From Chiloscyllium plagiosum (taxonomy: Eukaryota), in NCBI RefSeq assembly GCF_004010195.1, contig NC_057718.1:69541224-69561223 (forward strand): a DNA stretch of 20,000 nt, written 5' to 3'. The translations under genes were made by a program, and so were the position numbers. The notes beneath the pieces are model-generated. The model ran no database searches. It saw only the letters and a program-made list of their open reading frames with translations, and had not been told where the DNA came from. This document shows positions 10,810-20,000 of this stretch, piece after piece (positions within the stretch are counted from its first letter, which is position 1; each line of letters starts with the position of its first letter).

Positions 10810-13800
10810 GTCATGGAGTCATAGAGGTGTACAGCACGGAAACAGACCCTTTGGTTCAACCCGTCCATGCCAACCTGATATCCCAGCCCAATCTAGTCCC
10901 ACCTGCCAGCACCCGGCCCATATCCCTCCAAACCCTTCCCATTCATATACCTATCCAAATGCCTTTTAAATGTTGCAATTATATGAGCCTCCACCACTTC
11001 CTCTGGCAGCTCATTCCATACACATACCACTCTCTGCGTGAAAAAGTTTCCCTTTAGGCCTTTTTTATATCTTTCCCCCGTCACCCGAAACCCATGCCCT
11101 CTAGTTCTGGATTCCCACACCCCAGGGAAAAGACTTTGTCCATTTATCATACACATGCCGCTCATGATTTTATAAATCTCTACAAGGTCACCCCTCAGCC
11201 TCCCTTGCTCTAGGGAAAACAGCCCCAGCCTGTTCAGCCTCTCCCTATAGCTCAAATCCTCCAACCCTGGCAACATCCTTGTAAATCTTTTCCGAACCCT
11301 TTCACGTTTCACAACATCTTTCCGATAGGAAGGAGACCAGACTCGCATGCAATATTCCAAAAGCGGCCTAACCAATGTCCTGTACAACCGCAACATGACC
11401 TCCCAACTCCTGTACTCAATACTCTGACCAATAAAGGAAAGCATACCAAACGCCTTCTTATCCTACCAAATCCTATCCACCTGTGACGCCACTTTCAAGG
11501 AGCTATGAACCTGCACTCCAATGTATCTTTGTTCAGCAGCACTCCCTAGAGTCTTACCATCAAGTGTATAAGTCCTGCTAAGATTTGCTTTCCCAAAATT
11601 CAGCACCTCGCATTTATCTAAATTAAACTCAATCTGCCACTTCTCAGCCCATTAGCCCATCTGATCAAGATCCCATTGTAATCTGAGGTAACCTTCTTCA
11701 CTGTCCACTACACTTCTAATTTTGGTGTCATCTACAAACTTACTAACTATATCTCCTATATTTATATCCAAATCCTTTATATAAATGATGAAACATAGTG
11801 GACCTAGCACCCATTCTTGTCGCATACCACTGGTCACAAGTCTCCAGTCTGAAAAACAACCCTCCACCACTGCATCTGCAAACTTACTAACTATACCTCT
11901 TATGCTAACATCCAAATCATTTATATAAATGAACAAAAGTAAGCGGACCCAGCACCTATCCTTGTGGCACTCCACTGGTCACAGGCCTCCAGTCTGAAAA
12001 ACAGCCCTCCACCACTATTCTCTGTCTTCTACCTTTTAGCCAGTTCTATATCCAAATGGCTAGTTCTCTCTTCATTCTGTGAGATCTAACCTTGTCAACC
12101 AGTCTCCCATGGGGAACCTTGTCAAACGCCTTACTGAAGTTCATATAGATCACATATACTGCTCTCCCCTCATCAATCCTCTTTGTTACTTCTTCAAAAA
12201 ACTCAATCAAGTTTGTGAGGCATGATTTCCCACGCACAAAGCCATGTTGACTATCGCTAATCAGTCCTTGCCTTTCCAAATACATGTATATCCTGTCCCT
12301 CAGGATTCCCTTCAAACACTTGCCCACCACTGATGTCAAGCTCGCTGATCTATAGTTCTCTGGCTTGTCCTTACCACCTTTCTTAAACAGTGGCACCATG
12401 TTAGACAAACTCCATCTTCAGGCACCTCACCTGTGACTATTGATGACACAAATATCTCAGCAAGGGACCCAGCAATCACTTCCCTAGCTTCCCACAGACT
12501 TCTAGGGTACACCTGATCAGGTCCTGAGGATTTATCCACTTTTATGCATTTGAAAACATCCAGCACTTCCTCCTCTGTAACATGGACATTTTTCAAGATG
12601 TCGCAATCTATTTTCCTACATCCTATATCTTACATATCCTTTTCCACAGTAAATACTGATGCAAAATACTCGTTTAGTATCTCCCCCATTTTCTGTGGCT
12701 CCACACACAGGCCACCTTGCTGATCTTTGAAAGGCCTTATTCTCTCCCTCGTTACCCTTTTGTCCTTAATGTGTTTGTAAAAACCCTTTGGATTCTCCTT
12801 AACTCTATTTGCCAAAGTTATCTCATGTCCCCTTTTTGCCCTCCTGATTTCTCTCTTAAGTATAACTCCTACTGCCTTTATACTCTTCCAGGGATTCACT
12901 CGATCTATCCTGTCTCCATCTGACATATGCTTTCGCCTTTTCATTAACCAAATCCTTAATTTCTTTAGTCATCCAGCATTCCCTATACGTATCAGGCTTC
13001 CCTTTCACACTAATAGGAATATACTTTCTCTGAACTCTTGTTATCTCATTTCTGAAGGCTTTCCATTTTCCAGCCGTCCCTTTACCTGCGAACATTTGCC
13101 CCCAATCGGCTTATGAAAGTTCTTGCCTAATACCATCAAAATTGGCCTTTCTCCAATTTAGAACTTCAACTTTAGACCTGGTCTATCTTTTTCCATCACT
13201 ATTTTAAAACGAATAGAATTATGGTCGCTGGCCCCAAAGTGCTCTCTGATTGACACCTCAGTCACCTGCCCTGCCTTATTTCCCAAGAGTAGGTCAAGTT
13301 TTGCACCTTCTCTACTAGGGACACCCACAAACTGAATCAAAAAAGTTTCTTGTACACACATTCCTCTCCATCTAAACTCTTAACACTATGGCAGTCCCAG
13401 TTTATGTTTGGAAAGTTAAAATCCCCTACCATAACCATCCAATTATTTTTACAGACAATGGAGACCTCCTTACTAATTTGTTTCTCAATTTCACTCTGAC
13501 TATTAGGGGTTATAGCACAATCCAAATAAGGTGATCGTCCCTTTCTTATTTCTCAGTTCCACCCAAATAACTTCCCTGGATGTATTTCTGGAAATATCCT
13601 CCCTCAATAACACTATCCCTTATCAAAAAAACCTCTCCCCCTCCTCTCTTGCCTCCCTTTCTATCCTTCCTGTAGCATTTGTATCCTGGAACATGAAGCT
13701 GCCAGTCCTGTCCATCCCTGAGCCACATTTCTGTAATTGCTTTGATTTCCCAGTCCCATGTTCCTAAACATACCCGGTTTTCCAAAACAGCACAACTATT

Positions 13801-14620
13801 TGAATTGGAGATAGCCACAGAAGACTCCTGCACTAACTGCCTACCTCTCTTACCTTTCCTGGAGCTAACACATCTATGTGACTGTATCTGTGACTTTTCC
13901 CCCATCCTATAACTGCCATCCATCACATCCCCTTCCTCTTGTAAATTCCTCATTGCCTCTAACTGTCTCTCCAACCGATCCATTTGATCTCACAGGATTC
14001 ACAATTAATGGCATTTATTGCAGATATAATCCTCAGTAACCATAAACTCTCTCTAAACTCCCACATCCGACAAAAAGAGCATATCACTCTACTAAGGGCC
14101 ATTTTTGCTCCTTCACAATCTACAGACCCAGAAAGTAGCACCGTCTTATTCCTCTACAAAATACTGCTCCAGGTTAAATTAATAATTATGGCTTATATTT
14201 TATGTTTAATCAAGAGACATATCACAATAAAACATATAATCAAGAAAGAACCCAATCTACTCACTACTGCAGACGTACCGTAAGGCCACGCTTAAATATT
14301 CAACACTGTTTCTGGGCTGTGACCTCTCCCAAACATGTCCCTCCAAGATTAGTTGTGAATTTTAATGTTTGTTAATTTTCTCAGACGCACTCCGATGTCC
14401 AGCAATACATGAATTCAATTAACAAAGGCAGTAACTGTTCAGGTTCACTGCTCTGTAAACTTCTTTCTCTCTCTCTTAAACTGCTGTTGTTTTGACTTTT
14501 TTTTCCAAAGTTCCAAAACAATGCAACAGCATATAAAACAGTAATTGCTGCTCCTGGAATTCGTGGAAATCACCTCCAACACCTAAAATACCTCAAAAAA
14601 GGTAGAGTCAGAAATTGTTC
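10810..14620 (-). mobile_element. Near full-length, inactive CR1/HER1-like LINE (5' UTR, ORF1 N-terminus, APE and RT, 3' tail)
   Basis: ORF1 start ATG at 14102 (MALSRVICSFCRMWE, Cys-rich); APE motifs AITEMWL, YRKDR..RGGG, VGDFNFP, LDLLL and ASDH; RT motifs [24 protein letters not shown] and KFAD; tail GTCATGGAGTCATAGAG at 10810-10826; many frameshifts and stops. 5' limit approximate. Confidence 0.95.
11729..12015. repeat. Diverged tandem duplication of about 142 bp inside the RT (11729-11870 and 11873-12015)
   Basis: ORF 11652-11975 shows the block twice (IYINDLDVSIRGIVSKFAD...IYIKDLDINIGDIVSKFVDD). Confidence 0.9.
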
Positions 14621-14916
14621 CTACCCTCCATCTTGGTTTACCCAGAATTCATTAAATCTTTTGAACAATTTGAAGCTCCCCTTACCACCACTGTTTACCA
14701 TAGACAGTAAAATGTTATGGAGAATTTTTTGGTCAGCAAAGGTGCTTGCCATTGACCTTGACAAAGCTGAGAAATCTAGCAAAAATCTGTGGTAGGAATT
14801 TGGAAGCTTCTGCATGTGATTCATTGCAACAATCATTATTGGGGATTCCCTTTGTTGAACTGTCAAGCTGTCAGCCAATCACATTATGCAAATTTACAAC
14901 ATAAAATTTACTTATT

Positions 14917-15302
14917 TCCAACTCTCTTTTGATTTAGTCCCTACCCTCCCCTTCACTGTTTTGATCACACAGCACTGCCCCTGTTTTGATCACACAGCAC
15001 TGCCCTTTGATGTGAAGGGCAGTGTTTGTCACTGGCCACCTAGGTGTTTTCCTATCTTCCTGGTGGTGGAATTTGAATAAAGATTCGTGCACTTTGTGTC
15101 TTTCACTGTGTCTCACACCTGCACACACACACCATGGGATAAAATAAGCACTACCGCACTTAGGCGGTAGTGTGGGGGTTAAAAAGAAAAAAAAGGAAAA
15201 AAAAGGAAAAAAAAAGAAAAGAGTAAAAAATAAACAGGGGATCTAATCCTTGGGTGCTGGGGAAAAATAAGCACAAAGAAAAGAAAAAAAATAAAAAAAA
15301 AA
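14917..15302 (+). mobile_element. 5'-truncated poly(A)-tailed retroelement 3' end (L1/Tx1-like)
   Basis: Starts with SNSLLI*; AATAAA at 15076-15081; A-rich tails at 15181-15235 and 15275-15302; TSD TTACTTATT at 14908-14916 and 15303-15311. Clade assignment is from recalled similarity. Confidence 0.7.
14956..15005. repeat. Perfect 25-bp tandem duplication
   Basis: CTGTTTTGATCACACAGCACTGCCC twice. Confidence 0.95.
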
Positions 15303-17294
15303 TTACTTATTATAAAATGCAATTCTGCAAAAGGTAAAGAGGAAAAATGTTTGGGAGACACATGTAGGAGTTGGGTGAAGGCTGAAATACAATAAACTTT
15401 AAATACACTTAAAATACATTTCATTTAAGAAGGTGTAAATTTTCAAAACAGTGCTTACAGTGGGACTAACAGCACCAAAGAGCAACTTGTTATCAGTCAC
15501 TGATTCCTACTTAATGAATTGTGGGAGAACAGCAACATCACATCCACAGGGAAAAGTCACTGAGAAAAACGTCTGGATTTTTGCACATGCACAGGTCCAG
15601 GTATTGCTGCTAAATTCAGAGGAGTATGATGGCAAACTTTGATAATTTCATTATCATTATGACCAGAAATTAAGGTTCAATGTCTCTTCTGGAAGAATAG
15701 AATCAACAAAAAAAAACAAAGTTCAAGTTTTATAAGGATCCAGTTTGTTAGGATGGAGATGTACTCAACTGTCACATATTTGAATAGCAGGGTTGCTTTG
15801 CCTGTGTTTTTCTTTCTCAAGTTCAGAGAATGGAATCTCAGTTATAAGAATTGAATATTTCTTAAAGCCTATTGGAAGCTATCTGCATGCAAGATGTAGT
15901 TAGAAACCAAGCAAGATATAATCCCATATGTCAGAGATGTCAGGGATCATGGAGATTGCCAGTGAACTGGCCAGTTACATCTCATTTGTTCTTTCCCTTT
16001 TCATTCAACCCATAACGGTGTCTGTTTGAGTGTCTACCTTTGAGAGAGACTGAGGGCTAGAATCAAGCAGAACTGGGTTTAAAACAAAGACATTAATTAG
16101 ATTATCTTGTGGTTTAAGTTTGCTCTGTAAAGTTGTTAGATATTATATTTGAGCTATGTCAATTATTCACAAAGTTTGGATATGAATCATTGGAGTCAGT
16201 TTTAGGTTTGACGGTTTTGCTTTTCCTGTGTTGTGACTATAGAAGCAGGGAGGCTGTTTTGATTTGGCTGTCTGTTTCTGTGTCATAATACATGGAAACC
16301 ACTGCTTAATACCACCTTCCATTCTTCAGCTGATCAGAATTCCTCTATGTGAAGCACAAATTGGAAAAGTACCCATGATGGCAAGGGCACACTGGAGGTT
16401 TGGATGGGGCTGGGGTGGAAACCTCAATGATCATCACCAGTAATACCACTCAAGGTGTAGCAGAGTCATGAAGTAGTTATTTGCCAAACCACAAATGGTG
16501 AAAGAGCTAATATGAGCAAAAATGCTGCAATAACCTTGGTCCTACTGTTGTAATAGTGTGGCTAACTAAATGTTCAGATAATCACTGCTAGAGTATTGGT
16601 CATGATAAAGTAGATTTGGCAGATGCTCCTTTCTAGGTTGGGGTCTGCAGGGAATGCTTTGTCAGCATGCAGGAGCAAAGTGCTATGTTGTCTAATGTGA
16701 AGAACTTTTGTTCTTAAACATAATGTAGTTTATTGCATATTAGAAATCAGGCATGTGTCACATTGGTATGATGAATATCATTACAAAGAGTATGAGGGCT
16801 CCGAGATCACAAGACTGTCACCTTTGAGTTCTCTTGCCATTCTGCCTCTCCCCCCCTCCCCTTAATTTCTGATGACATTAGGCAGATCATGTAGTCTTCA
16901 GCATTAATCCTATCAGAACCATTACCTTAGGCATCACTCACCTATCTACTAGTTGCAGATGCATTTGTTCATGTTAAAAGTGACCACTTCACAGTTCAAG
17001 CAGCACATAGTTGGACGGCCATGCTATATGATTTTTACATCCTTACCAATGCTCTAAAGCTGGATGACCAATACTGGTTCAATGCAAAATGTGGAAAAAC
17101 AACAGCAAGTGCATAAAAATGTGAGTTATAACCCTAATGAAATGATATCACATGACTGTATAGCTGCCAAACAGCAGAAACAGTATTCAATCAATAGATC
17201 AAACAATTCCATGACCAGTTGCTTAGGAACACAGAATTTGAGTATTGTTGAAAAATATACTTTGTCAAAGCTTTATGTCTTACCCTCATCATTT

Positions 17295-17520
17295 GTCATT
17301 GAACAACTGTCGGGCATTCTGAAGAGGAGAGGGCAAACAAACAGATCATCATACATATCGGTGCCAATAGCACAAACAGAGAAAGGGATTAGGTCCAGAA
17401 AGCAGAATATGGAATATGCAGCGAGGAAGTAGATTAAAGAACAGGACCCAGAAGATAGTAATCTCTGAATTACTTCCAGCGCCAAGTGCTAGTGAGTACA
17501 GATGTAGGAGGCTAATCCAG
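17295..17520 (+). mobile_element. Isolated degenerate CR1 ORF1 SGNH-esterase fragment
   Basis: IIIHIGANS (decayed HIGTND block) at about 17345-17371 and LKNRTQKIVISELLPAPSASEYR at about 17434-17502. Confidence 0.7.
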
Positions 17521-17916
17521 AAAGGGGATGGTTCTGAGCTTAATTTTAGTTAATGAAGCTGGCAAGTGTTGAAGTAGCATTGGGGGACGATTTTGTAGAC
17601 CACAATAATAAGTCTGTTAGAAATAAAAGCTCTGAACTCGATTTATATCTTATTGTCATGTGTACTCAGGTACAGGAATATAGGAATACAGTGAAAAATG
17701 TACAAAGTCAACATCCTAGTATATAAAAAACAGGATTAAAAACAAAGACAGAAATGAAAGAAACAGCCAAAAGAAAAGGAAATGTATAGATTACTCCATG
17801 CCTCCACCAAGAGTCCTCGCTACCATAAACAAAACCACAAACTCCAGTGCTCAGTCTGCAAACACCCAGGTGCCCAAAGACCCCGCATGCCACTGCAGCT
17901 GAAACGGCATCACCTT

Positions 17917-18408
17917 GGTGAAAGTGAGTACTTGCAGACGCTGGAGATTAGAGTCAAGATTAGAGTCATGCTGAAAAAGCACAGCAGGTCAGGCAGCATC
18001 CAAAAACCAGAAAAATAGATGTTTCATTGAACATAGAACATAGAAAAATACTGCGCAGTACAGGCCCTTTGGCCCTCGATGTTGCGCTGATCCAAGCCCA
18101 CCTAACCTACACTAGCCCACTATCCTCCATATGCCTATCCAATGCCCATTTAAATGCCCATAAAGAGGGAGAGTCCACCACTGCTACTGGCAGGGCATTC
18201 CATGAACTCACGACTCGCTGAGTAAAGAATCTACCCCTAACATTTGTCCTATACCTACCACCCTTAATTTAAAGCTATGCCCCCTCGTAATAGCTGACTC
18301 CTTTTCGAGTAAAAGCCCTTCAGCAGCTCTTCCTGAGGAAGGACTTTTGCCTGAAATGTCAATTTTCCTGCTCCTTGGATGCTGCCTGACCTGCTGTGCT
18401 TTTCAGCA
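17917..18408. mobile_element. Palindromic Penelope-like-derived element, copy B, interrupted by a LINE tail
   Basis: Same head (GAAAGTGAG..CTGCAGA.GCTG) and inverted arms as 19616-19809; degenerate hammerhead cores on both strands at 18303-18362. Confidence 0.85.
18026..18302 (-). mobile_element. CR1-type LINE 3' end with (AACATAG)n tail
   Basis: Tail GAACATAGAACATAG; highly similar to 19810-20000; candidate TSD TTTC at 18022-18025 and 18303-18306. Confidence 0.85.
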
Positions 18409-18619
18409 AAGAAACTCACCCTGCCGACCTTCCTGGAAAGGAAATGTTCCTGCTGCTAATATCAGGCACAATTTGTTCGGTGTGGACTGGGAATCTGTGT
18501 TTGTTTCAAGGAGGAAGTAAGGAGAATATGGGCCAGCATTTTGGGATAAACACAAAGGGTTGAACCAACAAATCCTCTGAATCCTCAATGTCAAGACATA
18601 TTTAGGTTAACAGCAGAAA

Positions 18620-19615
18620 CCCTAGAGGGATAGAGAATATGCAAGAGAAAACTTAAAAAGGGAGATTAGGAAAGCTAAAAGGAAGCATGAAAGAATAATG
18701 CCAGGAAAATAAAGAAAAATCCAAAGTGATTTTATTACTTTATTAAGGATAAAAGGATAACTAGGGAAAGAGTATGGCCCAACAAGGACCACAGTGGTAA
18801 TTAGTGTGTGGCGCGAAAGAAGGGTAAGTAGGGTTCTAAGCAATTAATTTATGTTGCTGTTCACCAGTGAGAGGGATAGTGTGGGAGCTTGAGTGTGATC
18901 TAGCATGCTTAGAAGCCTAATGAAATGTATTCCAGGCTATTAAGGTAAAGGTGGAAGTAGTAGTGATGTAAGCAATAATTTTTAATTCCCTAACCACAGG
19001 AAAGATATCAAAGGACTGAAGCCAATGTGGTTCCTTAACCAAGAAGAGAGCAAGGGATAAACCAGGAAACTACTGGCCAGTCAGTCTAAGCTTGATGGTG
19101 AGAAGTCATTGGAAGCAATTCTGAGTGATAGAATTAACTCAAACTTGGAGAGGCAGAAATTAATCAAGAATAAAGAACTTAAAATAAGTATAAAGATCTT
19201 AAACATGGAATTAGATAGGCTAAAATGGGTCATGAAAAGTCATTCAAAAACAGGATTAAGGAGAATCCCAAGGCTCCAAAAGCTAGTGCTTCCAAATACG
19301 TCTGTTGGACTGTAACTTGGTGTTGTGTGATTTTTAACTTTGTCCACCCCAGTCCAACACCGGCTCCTCCAAGTCATGCATAGCAAGGGAATAGCAGGAT
19401 ACGGATCCTGTAAGTGAAAACAGTGTAGTACTGAAGGACAAAGTATGTCTGCACAGGCTTAGAGGATTGAAGAGCCTATTCCTATGCTGTATTGTTTTTT
19501 GTTCTTTAATAGTCAGCTTAATGGTTTTGTTAAGGGGACGTCATGTCTGACCAACTTGATTGAATTTTTCTAAGAGTTAACCAGGTATGTCGATGAGGGC
19601 AATGCTTTGGATGTA
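18620..19615 (+). mobile_element. Old degenerate CR1 ORF2 with nested insertions at about 19172-19508
   Basis: LKREIRKAKRKHE (about 18653), DKPGNYWPVSL (about 19056), LEAILSDRINSNLERQKLIK, resuming at about 19510 with GFVKGTSCLTNLIEFF..DEGNALDV. Confidence 0.8.
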
Positions 19616-19710
19616 GGCGAAAGTGAGGACTGCAGATGCTGAAAACCAGAGTCTAGATTAGAGTGGTGCTAGAAAAGCACAGCAGGTCAGGCAGCTTCCG
19701 AGGAGCAGGA

Positions 19711-19749
19711 AAATTGACATTTCGGGCAAAAGCCCCTCATCAGGAATTC
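19711..19749 (-). ncRNA. Minimal type I hammerhead ribozyme motif (opposite arm)
   Basis: Minus strand GAATTC-CTGATGA-G-GGGC-TTTT-GCCC-GAAA-T-GTC-AATT. Confidence 0.65.
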
Positions 19750-19782
19750 CTGATGAAGGGCTTTTGCTTGAAACGTTGATTT
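19744..19782 (+). ncRNA. Minimal type I hammerhead ribozyme motif
   Basis: GAATTC-CTGATGA(19750-19756)-A-GGGC-TTTT-GCTT-GAAA(19770-19773)-C-GTT-GATT. Confidence 0.65.
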
Positions 19783-19809
19783 TCCTGGCCCTCGAATGCT
19801 GCCTGACCT

Positions 19810-20000
19810 AGAACATAGAACATAGAACATAGAAGAATACAGCGCAGTACAGGCCCTTCGGCCCTCGATGTTGCGCCAATCCAAGCACACCTAACCTACA
19901 CTAGCCCACTATCCTCCATATGCCTATCCAATGCCCGCTTAAATGCCCATAATGAGGGAGAGTCCACCACTGCCACTGGCAGAGCATTCCATGAACTCAC
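19810..20000 (-). mobile_element. CR1-type LINE 3' end with (AACATAG)n tail, running off the window
   Basis: (AGAACAT)3 tail followed by sequence highly similar to 18026-18220. Confidence 0.85.

Larger units (their letters stand above)
19616..19809. mobile_element. Palindromic Penelope-like-derived element, copy C (best preserved; right arm interrupted)
   Basis: Indel-free inverted repeat 19684-19809 centred on GAATTC (19744-19749). Confidence 0.88.

Noticed and set aside
14956..15005. CRISPR-like repeat
   Set aside because: Two adjacent copies with no spacer, in eukaryotic retroelement context.
15179..15424. Phe-rich hydrophobic ORF
   Set aside because: Antisense translation of A-rich tails.
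16935..17050. Minus-strand donor-like motifs (AG|gtgagt, G|gtaagg)
   Set aside because: No convincing acceptor or open frame upstream.
17128..17136. Telomeric-like TAACCCTAA
   Set aside because: Only 1.5 units, which is expected by chance.
17640..17780. Possible minus-strand LINE 3' tail
   Set aside because: Only a vague resemblance, with no coding remnant or second copy to support it.

Overview
Eukaryotic, repeat-saturated DNA. The repeat families (HE1-like V-SINEs, CR1/HER1-like LINEs) point to a cartilaginous fish, probably a shark; that assignment is inference. About two thirds of the window is nested, decayed non-LTR retroelements: several CR1-clade LINE copies (one almost full length, 10810-14620, minus strand), HE1-like and other tRNA-derived SINEs, an older LINE RT remnant and a 5'-truncated L1/Tx1-type tail with a TSD. 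No intact protein-coding gene is present. The recognisable ORFs are LINE fragments, but two small minus-strand exon candidates (7233-7267, 4192-4224) may encode the C-terminus of a host gene. Most notable: (1) three copies of a short palindromic element whose arms carry minimal type I hammerhead-ribozyme cores (CUGAUGA-stem II-GAAA-C-GUH), as described for Penelope-like elements; (2) two local, about 98%-identical copy tracts (837-1121 to 11585-11869 and 7788-7917 to 10046-10175) that look like gene conversion or templated repair rather than transposition.
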